Positions 28,111-37,097 of a stretch of 64,000 nucleotides of DNA are shown here, piece by piece. Positions within the stretch are counted from its first letter, which is position 1. Every line of letters begins with the position of its first letter. The notes below the pieces were generated by a model that saw nothing but the letters and a program-made list of their open reading frames with translations, did no database searches and was not told where the DNA came from. The position numbers and the translations under genes are program-made. This DNA is from a virus. Location of the stretch: IMG/VR virus record IMGVR_UViG_3300024518_000034, positions 96,001-160,000 of that record. One strand, given 5' to 3'.

Positions 28111-28888
28111 GTTAAATGACTTGAGTCCAAGCGAGTGGATACATTGGACGAAAACATGCTGGATGACTGACTATCCGGTAGACTCAACATTTTGCGTTAG
28201 AAAAGAACTTAAGACGACAAAATCACCACAGGCGATGAGAGACATAATTTCGTTTTTCACCAAAGAGGGAGATAGAGTCTTAGACACTTTTGCTGGAGTG
28301 GGGAGTACACTCATAGCAGCCTTGCTATGTGGAAGAGAAGCCGTTGGCATTGAGATGGATGAGAGACACTGTCAGATTTTTGACCAGATTAAAAGTACAT
28401 TCGTCTTGAAGGGCGGCACACTAGTTCCAACTTTAAATAAAGTAGAGGGGCAAATGTGGGCCTCTACGAGGATGATAAACGATGACTGTATGTTGAGATT
28501 ACCAAGGCTCAAGAAGGATTCGGTAGATCTAGTGTTATGCGACCCGCCACACGGTCCACAAGGATATCACGCCAAGGAAGGATTAGGTTCAAGTAAGACC
28601 ACTGAAGAGTTTATTGACAGTATGGCCAAACTTGGCGAAGGCGTTCGTGAAGTGTTGAGGGACGACAAATATTGGGTTATCATAATGGGAGACAGATACC
28701 AGGATGGTGAGTATATTCCACTGACCTACATGCTGGCTACTAAGATGCAGGAGTGTGGGTTTAAACTTAAAGGCATTAAGGTGTGGATCAATCAGGTCAC
28801 ACAGAAGAATCTTAAGGCGTTCAGAGTAGGTGAATCTTTTGTGCCAAATATTGTGCATGAGAACTTAATTATATTGAGGAAAGAATAA
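28103..28888 (+). CDS. Amino (N4-C/N6-A) DNA methyltransferase-like protein
   Basis: VLDTFAGVGS SAM-binding motif before a DPPH catalytic-type motif. Confidence 0.7.
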   Translation: MNKLNDLSPSEWIHWTKTCWMTDYPVDSTFCVRKELKTTKSPQAMRDIISFFTKEGDRVLDTFAGVGSTLIAALLCGREAVGIEMDERHCQIFDQIKSTFVLKGGTLVPTLNKVEGQMWASTRMINDDCMLRLPRLKKDSVDLVLCDPPHGPQGYHAKEGLGSSKTTEEFIDSMAKLGEGVREVLRDDKYWVIIMGDRYQDGEYIPLTYMLATKMQECGFKLKGIKVWINQVTQKNLKAFRVGESFVPNIVHENLIILRKE

Positions 28889-29208
28889 TGTATGGGTACG
28901 TAGTGATGGTAGATGGAGATTGCTGGCATTTGGCGGTGGATCAGGACGAAGCTTTTGATGTTGCGCAATCAGAGGTAAATCAGTACATTTGTGATTTTTA
29001 TAGACATAAATTACCTATGAATGTAGAAAGAGAAGGGTTTGATCCAGATATAAGAGTGCATGTTTTAAATGCAGCGAGCGAACTGGAATTGCCTTTACAA
29101 AAGTGGGTGGACGAAAATTATCAAGAAACAATAGAGTACAATGAAGATCAAGAAAAAAGAGAATACGCAAGATATCTGGAGCTAAAAGAGAAGTATGAAA
29201 ATAGTTAG
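28888..29208 (+). CDS. Hypothetical protein
   Basis: 106-aa ORF coupled to upstream stop. Confidence 0.65.
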   Translation: MYGYVVMVDGDCWHLAVDQDEAFDVAQSEVNQYICDFYRHKLPMNVEREGFDPDIRVHVLNAASELELPLQKWVDENYQETIEYNEDQEKREYARYLELKEKYENS

Positions 29209-29542
29209 TTTTGGATTCAAATATGGTCAGCCTAGGGCGAATCATTATTTTGATGTAAGTTGGATTAAGAATCCTGCTAGAGGAGAGGGCAGAAACTTGT
29301 TTTCACCTATGGATACTGGAATAATAAATGAGGTTCTGCAAGATCAAGCTGTGAAAGATTTTTTAAGCAAAGTAATTCCTTTACTTGATTTCTTGTCCAA
29401 AAAAGATGTAATGGTAGTTGCTTTTGGATGTTCTGCCGGAAGACACAGATCACCGATAATCGCAGAAACGGTTGCTAAGGCACTTTCTAAAGTATATAAA
29501 ATAGATGTTACGATTGAACACAGAGATATAGACCTATGTTAG
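29195..29542 (+). CDS. Stand-alone RapZ C-terminal-domain-like protein
   Basis: IVSFGFKYG, FDV..I.NP, AFGCSAGRHRS; no P-loop domain. Confidence 0.75.
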   Translation: MKIVSFGFKYGQPRANHYFDVSWIKNPARGEGRNLFSPMDTGIINEVLQDQAVKDFLSKVIPLLDFLSKKDVMVVAFGCSAGRHRSPIIAETVAKALSKVYKIDVTIEHRDIDLC

Positions 29543-30279
29543 AAGAAAGAATAGATGAATTGAATCCTTGGTATTATTCAGTACAAATGGGCGGGGGCCG
29601 CCGTACTATGCCAGGCATTGGATCTAAACAGAATCATACTGAACTAATAGATAGGCAAAACTATAGATATAAACTATTGGTTGATCCTATATTAGAAAAG
29701 TATGATTTTAAAAATAAAACCATATTGGATGTAGCTTGTAATTGTGCATATTGGAGTTCACAGTATGTGAAGAAAGGAAGAGCTACAGCAATAATTGGAA
29801 TAGAAGGTAGGAAGGAATATGTAGAACAAGCATATCTATATTGGGGGTTGAATGACTTCCTTCCAGCTACAAACTTGGCCTTTGTCCAGATGGATGTGAT
29901 GGACAAAGAAATGTGGGAAAAGCTTAAAATAGATGATCAAGTGGATTTTACATTATGCGCTGGAATACTGTATCATGTGAGTGATTACAAATGGTTGGTG
30001 CAAAAGATCTGTAATGTTACGAAAGAAGCGATTTTGATAGATACGAGGGTGTCTAAAGATGAAAAGAAGATTGAGGAACCAGGAGGTTGGTGTTTCGACG
30101 GAGTAGGAGACAAAGTAGTTAAGGTGAATCCTAACACGAAAAGCATTTGTAAAATTTTGGTAGATAATGGTTTTAAACATGTAGAAATAATTCCTCATGC
30201 GGGTCCAGTTCCTCCAGAGATGAAGAACAATGACAACTATGAGACAGGCGGAAGAGTAACTATACTAGCTAAAAAATGA
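29536..30279 (+). CDS. Class I SAM-dependent methyltransferase
   Basis: ILDVACNCAY, IGIEGR, CAGILYH. Confidence 0.75.
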   Translation: MLEERIDELNPWYYSVQMGGGRRTMPGIGSKQNHTELIDRQNYRYKLLVDPILEKYDFKNKTILDVACNCAYWSSQYVKKGRATAIIGIEGRKEYVEQAYLYWGLNDFLPATNLAFVQMDVMDKEMWEKLKIDDQVDFTLCAGILYHVSDYKWLVQKICNVTKEAILIDTRVSKDEKKIEEPGGWCFDGVGDKVVKVNPNTKSICKILVDNGFKHVEIIPHAGPVPPEMKNNDNYETGGRVTILAKK

Positions 30280-30830
30280 AAGAATTAGAAAAGTACAAAA
30301 GAATAGTGGTTTCAGGATGTCAGCGTAGTGGCACAACTATTTTGACAAAGATGATAGCACATACGCTGGGATATACCAAACTAGATGAGTTTCAGGTATA
30401 TCCACACAATCTGGCTAATATGTCTGAGACATTAAAGAGAGAAAAAGTAGTAATTCATAGTCCTCAGTTGACTTCTAGATTACATCAGATAACTGCGCCA
30501 TCCACATGCATTGTTTGGATTACAAGACCGTTTGGCGAAATAAGAAAATCGATGAATCGTATAGGTTGGCAGATTGAAGAAGAGGAAAGGCAAAAATATA
30601 TACATAGGTTTGCAAAGATAGTAAAAGGTATTAATTATAACCAACCAATAGAAAAACTAAAGCATGATTTCTGGCAGTGGCAAAAGCAAAGAATGAAGGT
30701 TGATTGGATAGAACATAAGTACGAAAGTGAATATATGAAAACTCATGAGTTGTTTAGGAATAGTGAACAACGTAAAGAATTCAACCCAAAACAAACAAGT
30801 GAGGATAATCGATCAGGAAGAGATTGGTAA
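30276..30830 (+). CDS. Sulfotransferase-family protein 1
   Basis: IVVSGCQRSGTT PAPS-binding loop; VWITRP...S. Confidence 0.7.
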   Translation: MKELEKYKRIVVSGCQRSGTTILTKMIAHTLGYTKLDEFQVYPHNLANMSETLKREKVVIHSPQLTSRLHQITAPSTCIVWITRPFGEIRKSMNRIGWQIEEEERQKYIHRFAKIVKGINYNQPIEKLKHDFWQWQKQRMKVDWIEHKYESEYMKTHELFRNSEQRKEFNPKQTSEDNRSGRDW

Positions 30831-31805
30831 ATGAAGCCGCTATGTTCAGTACAGATAGAACTTACAAATCACTGTAATTACAAATGTAAGTTTTGCCCAC
30901 AAGCTTATTATAAAGATCCTCTATATAAAGATACCCCTTTTGATCGAAAGAAGGGGTATATGTCGTTTGAGACATTTAAGAGATCAGTGACGCAGTGCAA
31001 GAACTTTGCACAAGAGATTAACTTCTCCTATTTTGGAGAACCTACCCTACACCCAGAATATCGCAAGATGTTCAGGTGGTTAAAACATAACAAAGGACAT
31101 CTTAGAATAATTCTAAACTCAAATCTTTCATTAGTTACAAATGATATATTTGATGCATGGATGGATACAGGTGTGACACAATGTAGGTTTAGTATAGACG
31201 CAGCTACTTCTGATACCTACGAGAAGGTAAGACCAGGAGGGCCAGTTAAGGATTATTTGACTGGAGAGTTTAAGTCATATCAAGACAGATTAACAAAGAT
31301 AAAAGAAAAAGTGATTGTGTGGTTTGGTAAGAAAGGTCATTGTCCAACAAGGCATGTCTACGTTGTATGTAAAAGAAACAAGAGCGAGATAGTACCTTAT
31401 CTGAGGTTTTGGCAACCATGGTTGGGACCAAATGATGAGATTGTAGTTAAAAGTGTGTTGACCTACGGTGGCGTGATCCACAAAGGGACACCAGACTTTG
31501 ATGGCATTACTGACAGCAATCCTTGCAATGTTTGGTCACAGGACAGCATGACCATAGCTTGGAATGGCGATATAACACCGTGTAATCTCGATGTAAACGT
31601 CGGACTAAGGATTGGCAATATTAAAAATAATACGTTGAAGGAGCTACACAGGGGTCAAAAATGGCAGCAATTGAAGAAACTTTCTGATAGGAGAGAAATC
31701 TCACCTTGCAAGACTTGCCACGATGCAAACAATTGGAGTAAGAATGTAGTGGTTAAGAAAGGTGACAAGATAAATAATGCAATCGCCAATTCTTTTTCTA
31801 GCTAG
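30831..31805 (+). CDS. Radical SAM enzyme with SPASM/twitch domain
   Basis: CNYKCKFC; GEPTLH; GDITPC...IGNI...CKTC. Confidence 0.9.
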   Translation: MKPLCSVQIELTNHCNYKCKFCPQAYYKDPLYKDTPFDRKKGYMSFETFKRSVTQCKNFAQEINFSYFGEPTLHPEYRKMFRWLKHNKGHLRIILNSNLSLVTNDIFDAWMDTGVTQCRFSIDAATSDTYEKVRPGGPVKDYLTGEFKSYQDRLTKIKEKVIVWFGKKGHCPTRHVYVVCKRNKSEIVPYLRFWQPWLGPNDEIVVKSVLTYGGVIHKGTPDFDGITDSNPCNVWSQDSMTIAWNGDITPCNLDVNVGLRIGNIKNNTLKELHRGQKWQQLKKLSDRREISPCKTCHDANNWSKNVVVKKGDKINNAIANSFSS

Positions 31806-32571
31806 AGGCCATTCAGGAACATCTATCTTATCGAAGATACTTGAAGCTAACGGAGTATTTATGGGAGATCATAAATCGCTCAATCCTACTTACGATTCAT
31901 TGCCATGGACCTATGATTTCCAAAGGAAACTTCTGCCAATGTGTTGGGAATACGGCAAAGGATGTTCGCCTAAGAAACCAGAAGTTATGACTGTTGCGGC
32001 TAGATGTTTAGCGAGACATATGGTAGGATATAATGGTGGACGATGGGGGATAAAGACGTGCGCTGGAATGTTTTCTTATCCAATGTGGAAGATGGTATTT
32101 CCAGATGCTAAGTATATTTATCTAACCAGAGATGGTAGAGATGTGATTCGCTCAGGACAGGGATACTTCCACATGACCAATGAAAGTTCAAGAGAGAAGG
32201 ATTGGGAGTATTTTAAGATAATAACGTTTGGTATATCGAACGACATAGATAAGTGTCACTTTAAGATACCTGATAAGCCAAACAAGAATGACGAAGTAAT
32301 GAAGAATAGACATTGGATCCAGGCGAAGTCATGGCTGGAACATAAAAAAATGTTTAACAGGATTGAGTCTGACAATATATTTCATCTTAAGTATGAGGAC
32401 GTTTGTAGAAAACCACATAGGTCGTTGGAGGGATTGTTTAACTTTTTAGAAATGCCTTATAAGTGTGAGAGCTATGTAAATAAAAACTTTAGAGGAAGAG
32501 CGGGATCGTGGAAATTATCTAGTGTTGGAGTTGATAAAAGGGCGCATAAGTTAATGGGGTATGAATCATGA
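31777..32571 (+). CDS. Sulfotransferase-family protein 2
   Basis: ARGHSGTS; FPDAKYIYLTRDGRDVIRS; LKYEDV. Confidence 0.8.
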   Translation: MQSPILFLARGHSGTSILSKILEANGVFMGDHKSLNPTYDSLPWTYDFQRKLLPMCWEYGKGCSPKKPEVMTVAARCLARHMVGYNGGRWGIKTCAGMFSYPMWKMVFPDAKYIYLTRDGRDVIRSGQGYFHMTNESSREKDWEYFKIITFGISNDIDKCHFKIPDKPNKNDEVMKNRHWIQAKSWLEHKKMFNRIESDNIFHLKYEDVCRKPHRSLEGLFNFLEMPYKCESYVNKNFRGRAGSWKLSSVGVDKRAHKLMGYES

Positions 32572-33326
32572 GAGTAGCAGTATTAATAGTTGGTCGCAAT
32601 AGACCAGACTTAGAAAAAAAACAAAACAAACAATTTGATGCCTTAGAAAAACAAGAGCATGAACATGAAGTAGATAGAATCTTTATTGAATGTAGTGAGA
32701 AAGATTTTAAGGGAAAATGTTATGGACACAATAGGGGACTAGATGATCTAAAAAAACATGGTAGGTTTGAAGACTATGACTATTTTCTTTTCATGCACAA
32801 TGATGTGTTTTTCCCAAATAGAGAATACGGCGATCCAATAGATGTCATGATAACAACCATGGAGAACCATAAGCAAATAGGAGTGTTAAGTCCAACTGAG
32901 CATGGCAGTTCATATCCTGATGCTCAGCCTAGACCTTTTCCTGAATCATACTGGAGAAAAGTAAGTACATGTGATTATCTTTGCATAATGATGAGAAGAA
33001 GTACTTTGGAAAACGTAGGATTCCTTAATCCAGATTTCAAATATTGCTGGGGCGCTATTCATGAATTGTCTTACAAGTTGTACAAAAGAGGGCTGTGTGT
33101 AGCCTATGAAGATAAAGTGCAAATGAGACATCTAGGTGGGTCAACATATGGTAAGAAGACCGGCACAATAAGTAGAGATGAATATCAGAAGAGAGCCAAG
33201 AGGTTCGCTGCAAATTACTTCAAGAAGACTTATGGGGATAGGTGGGACGAGGAGTTTACTAAGCACTTACCAAAAGATATAAAGATTAATACGTATAAGG
33301 AACATAAAAAACTATGGGAATCATAG
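32568..33326 (+). CDS. GT2 (GT-A fold) glycosyltransferase
   Basis: GHNRGL, FMHNDV, GFLNPDF..CWG, HLGGST. Confidence 0.75.
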   Translation: MRVAVLIVGRNRPDLEKKQNKQFDALEKQEHEHEVDRIFIECSEKDFKGKCYGHNRGLDDLKKHGRFEDYDYFLFMHNDVFFPNREYGDPIDVMITTMENHKQIGVLSPTEHGSSYPDAQPRPFPESYWRKVSTCDYLCIMMRRSTLENVGFLNPDFKYCWGAIHELSYKLYKRGLCVAYEDKVQMRHLGGSTYGKKTGTISRDEYQKRAKRFAANYFKKTYGDRWDEEFTKHLPKDIKINTYKEHKKLWES

Positions 33327-33691
33327 ATAGGTTTTGGAAAAAAATAAAAGCAAATTATTCTAGTGGCATGTGTGACGTTATGGCTATAGCGATAGCTAGA
33401 AAATACAATAAGCCGTTGGGTGTTGTAAGAGGTTTTTTCTTTGATGAAACAGAACAAGATGAATATTATATAGATTGCCACATGGTGGTAATTATGGAAG
33501 ACAATAAGGTGGCTGACTCACAGGGAGTGAGAGATCTGGAAGAGGTTTTAAGTTTGTGTGTGTGGGATGCTAAACCAAACAGGATAGAGTTAATCCCTGT
33601 GTCGGAAGAAGAGGCTATGCATTGTATGACTGCAGATGGTGTAACGGAAGAAGAAATAAATGAAACAATGGAGGATGTACCAGAACTATGA
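33314..33691 (+). CDS. Putative papain/transglutaminase-like (Cys-His-Asp) protein
   Basis: Y..GMCDVMAIAI, DCHMVV, VADSQG. Confidence 0.45.
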   Translation: MGIIDRFWKKIKANYSSGMCDVMAIAIARKYNKPLGVVRGFFFDETEQDEYYIDCHMVVIMEDNKVADSQGVRDLEEVLSLCVWDAKPNRIELIPVSEEEAMHCMTADGVTEEEINETMEDVPEL

Positions 33692-35734
33692 GAATAAGAA
33701 TGGGACCAGACCAAAGATATTTAGAGGTATCTGAAAAGACTACTGATTTTCATCCACTATTAAAAAAGTTAGCGCAGTTTCCCCCTGAGGAAAACTATTT
33801 AGATCCAGACGCTTATGTTCAACAATTGGAACCTCCGCAGCCAGTTGCACCAACTGACGTTCAGGAAAATATGAATTGCCCACATTGCGGGAGTATTTTC
33901 CCAACAAGTCGCTTAGAAAATGATCACGCGGTATGTGACAATTGCAATTATTATATTGAATTAAAATGTGATGATTGCGATAAAAATCTTCTCTTTGGAG
34001 AAGAAAGAAAAGATCCTTGGGGCAATGAAATATGTGAAGAATGTTTTGAAGGAAGTTATGTAGTATGTGTGAATTGTGAGGAAACGGTAAAAGAGGAGGA
34101 CGAAAAGAAAGACGAAGATGGTGACTCGCTTTGCGAGGAATGTTTTTACGATAATTATACATACTGCGAGCCGTGCGGAGATGCTATAAAAATAGATGAT
34201 GCAGCTTTTGTAGACGAAGATAGGTGGATGTGTAAAGAGTGTGCTAAAGATTTTTACTGTGATGAATGTATGGGATATAAAACAAACACGCAGGATCGTC
34301 AAATAGGTGAGGAAAATAAAAAACTATGTGATGAGTGTTTTATGTCGATGTGGGAAAATGGTGAAATAGCAACTTGTGACCAATGTCATGCTGTAGTTAC
34401 AGGAGACAACATTCACTATACAGAGGATGGATCTGAGTGTAATGAATGCTATGGAGGCAATGATAACATTAAAAGTTATTATGAATTAAAAGAGGCGGCA
34501 GAGGGGAATCTTGAAACCCAAAGCGATTTGGAATATTACAAAGATATGTATCCTAACTTATTTAGTGTGTCGGAAGATTATAATAGGAAGAAAAAAAAGT
34601 CTTGGAATTATATTCAAAAGTGGTCAGGCGGATTTGACTATGTTCCAGAAATGGATGTTGGAGTAACTAGACCATCTACTGATTATGAGGGAACATACAT
34701 TGAGTTTGATTTGTCAGTTAATGAAGGAGAAAGATTGGCAGAAAAAATAGGAATGGACGAAAGTCAAATGTGGGATGTGTTTAAAAGATGCAACGATTAT
34801 CACCCATGTTTAGTAAGTTCAGACGCAGACAGAATGATAGTGTCCAGAGTTTTGGTGGATGATAACGGAGACTGGAATGTTAAACTAATGCAAGGTTCTA
34901 TAAATCAAGAAGCAAAAGCAGAAATGTCAAGAATTGAGGATGAAATAAGAGGGGAAGAGCGCAAGTGTAGGGACTGCGGCGGTGGCGGGAAAAGTTATTC
35001 TTGGCGAGGAGGGCCGTGTAAAGCTTGTAATGGAAAAGGCGTCGTTAAGATTATTAATGAAGAACAATTGGAGGGGTGGGATAAAACGAGGGGAGAAGAG
35101 GAAGCGGAAAAGCTTTACCCAAAAGAATATGGAGGAGAAGATCCATTAAAAGGACTTGAAGAGAGGGGAAAAGACTATTATCTTAAACAGGACTTACAAC
35201 AGAAAATGGAACAATTAGATAAAATTGTAAAACTAACAAATGGTGCATATATAGCAGCATATGATTGGATAAAGAACCTGGCTAAACAAAAAGGAAAAAA
35301 ATGTTATGTAGAAGTGCCAGAAGGCCAAGCGCGTCAACATCCAAATGCACCTAAAATAAGTCTTGAAGTTATATATGGTGGAATACCATTTTTGATGGGA
35401 TTTGAAAAAGAGAAAATTAAGAGGGAGTTAGAAGGTGAGGGAGAGAAAGGTGTGGAACAAAAAGGAAAATCAAGATATAGGATGGCTAAGGCAAACAATT
35501 GGGATTTTGAAGATATTGCAGATATGGCAATATTTGACCCTCTACTTAGATAGGAAACAATATGAGAATAAGAATGGGACCAGACCAAAGACATTCGTTA
35601 GATAGAGCAACAGAGGCTTTAAGAAAAGCTTTTAATATTGACAGTGAGAGTGATACACCAGCTAGAAATGATGAAGGATTTTTAAGATATTTAGAGGTAT
35701 CTGAAAAGACTACTGATTTTCATCCACTATTAAA
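33687..35734. repeat. Split direct repeat: 31-bp block A and 51-bp block B
   Basis: A at 33687-33717 and 35561-35591; B at 33714-33764 and 35684-35734; contiguous in copy 1, 96 bp apart in copy 2. Confidence 0.9.
33688..35553 (+). CDS. 621-aa multi-zinc-finger protein
   Basis: 14 CxxC motifs (12 tandem plus a DnaJ-type pair). Confidence 0.8.
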   Translation: MRIRMGPDQRYLEVSEKTTDFHPLLKKLAQFPPEENYLDPDAYVQQLEPPQPVAPTDVQENMNCPHCGSIFPTSRLENDHAVCDNCNYYIELKCDDCDKNLLFGEERKDPWGNEICEECFEGSYVVCVNCEETVKEEDEKKDEDGDSLCEECFYDNYTYCEPCGDAIKIDDAAFVDEDRWMCKECAKDFYCDECMGYKTNTQDRQIGEENKKLCDECFMSMWENGEIATCDQCHAVVTGDNIHYTEDGSECNECYGGNDNIKSYYELKEAAEGNLETQSDLEYYKDMYPNLFSVSEDYNRKKKKSWNYIQKWSGGFDYVPEMDVGVTRPSTDYEGTYIEFDLSVNEGERLAEKIGMDESQMWDVFKRCNDYHPCLVSSDADRMIVSRVLVDDNGDWNVKLMQGSINQEAKAEMSRIEDEIRGEERKCRDCGGGGKSYSWRGGPCKACNGKGVVKIINEEQLEGWDKTRGEEEAEKLYPKEYGGEDPLKGLEERGKDYYLKQDLQQKMEQLDKIVKLTNGAYIAAYDWIKNLAKQKGKKCYVEVPEGQARQHPNAPKISLEVIYGGIPFLMGFEKEKIKRELEGEGEKGVEQKGKSRYRMAKANNWDFEDIADMAIFDPLLR

Positions 35735-35756
35735 CGAAGAAAAAAATGAAGAATAA
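35562..35756 (+). CDS. 64-aa protein whose two ends are duplicated at the start of the 621-aa gene
   Basis: MRIRMGPDQR...YLEVSEKTTDFHPLL shared. Confidence 0.6.
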   Translation: MRIRMGPDQRHSLDRATEALRKAFNIDSESDTPARNDEGFLRYLEVSEKTTDFHPLLNEEKNEE

Positions 35757-36507
35757 AAATGCTATAGTTGGGCTAGTTAGAGGTTATGCAAATCCTAAAG
35801 GATACCATATGCTTAGGAGAAGAAATAGACTTCTAATGGAGAACTATTATAAACACAATAAAAACGCAGATGTGATTATATTCCATGAAGGAAATATTAA
35901 AAAAGAGCATCAAGAAGAATTAAAGAAAGATATACCTATTAAGTTTCACAGCGTGGGTAATCTATTTAAAGCACAGGGCTCTAATAAAACAAACCTGGGA
36001 TATAAGCACATGTGTCGTTTTTATGCTATGCAGATGGCACCAATACTTGACAAGTGGGGATATGAAAAGTATTGGAGGTTGGACGATGATAGTTTTCTCT
36101 TAAAAAAAGTAGAATATAATGTGTTTAAGTTTATGGAAAACAACCAGACGGTATATGGTTATATACATACGAAATGGCCAGTCGCTCCGCAGGCCAAACT
36201 GACAGAGAGAACATTACTGCCATTGGTGAAGAAGCATATGAGCGAAGATGGTTTAAAGTGGGGTAAATTAGATGGGCAGAATCATTACAGCAACTTTCAT
36301 CTTTCGCAAGTTAAGTTTTGGATGAAACCAGAAGTTAGAGAATTTCTTGATCACATTGATGAAAGTGGTGGCATATATGCTCATAGGTGGGGCGACCATA
36401 TAATTCAAACATTAATATTGAAATTATTTGCAATGGAAAAGGAAGTAAAGAAAATGCCGTGGATACACTACAATCATGGCAGTCATAATTTTGAGGTGAA
36501 AACATGA
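35746..36507 (+). CDS. GT15-like (Kre2/Mnt1-type) glycosyltransferase without TM anchor
   Basis: YKHMCRFY, YWRLDDD, YSNF, GGIY.HRWGD. Confidence 0.75.
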   Translation: MKNKNAIVGLVRGYANPKGYHMLRRRNRLLMENYYKHNKNADVIIFHEGNIKKEHQEELKKDIPIKFHSVGNLFKAQGSNKTNLGYKHMCRFYAMQMAPILDKWGYEKYWRLDDDSFLLKKVEYNVFKFMENNQTVYGYIHTKWPVAPQAKLTERTLLPLVKKHMSEDGLKWGKLDGQNHYSNFHLSQVKFWMKPEVREFLDHIDESGGIYAHRWGDHIIQTLILKLFAMEKEVKKMPWIHYNHGSHNFEVKT

Positions 36508-37097
36508 AGTTTCCAGTAAAAGTGCCATTTAAATATGATCAGCATGGAGAGGTAAAATGCATTGTTGACTATATTAGACAGAACAATATAACTGTGCCAA
36601 CAATGTATGTAGATGTTGGGGCATCAGACGGAGTATGTAATAGTAACTCAAGATATTTTGTCCATCAGGGATGGAGGACGTGGCTTATCGAACCATGCCC
36701 TGTAAACTTTAAACTTTTGAAAACAAATACAAATTTCATGGGTAGTGCAGTTGCGGTGAATTATGCAGTTGGAAATGAAAATGGAAAAGTAAAATTTAAA
36801 TCAGAAGGTGGGCTATCTAAGGTTACTCATAGTGGAAATATTGAAGTGCCAATGATAATGGTAAAAGAATTGGTTGAAAAAATTAAGACAAAAGATATAG
36901 GAATTTTAGACGTGGACACAGAGGGTGGAGAAGAAGGAATACTTTTACAGTTTATGAAGTTGAAAATATATCCTCATTTTATTATTGTAGAACACCAATG
37001 TCATGAACCAAAAATAAAAGAACAAGAAAGAATATTATCGCCAAGATATAAGAGAATAGCCAGAAAAGGCGTTAATGACATATGGCACTTAAAATAA
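36504..37097 (+). CDS. FkbM-family methyltransferase
   Basis: VDVGASDG..SNS, LIEP, ILDVDTEGGE. Confidence 0.8.
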   Translation: MKFPVKVPFKYDQHGEVKCIVDYIRQNNITVPTMYVDVGASDGVCNSNSRYFVHQGWRTWLIEPCPVNFKLLKTNTNFMGSAVAVNYAVGNENGKVKFKSEGGLSKVTHSGNIEVPMIMVKELVEKIKTKDIGILDVDTEGGEEGILLQFMKLKIYPHFIIVEHQCHEPKIKEQERILSPRYKRIARKGVNDIWHLK

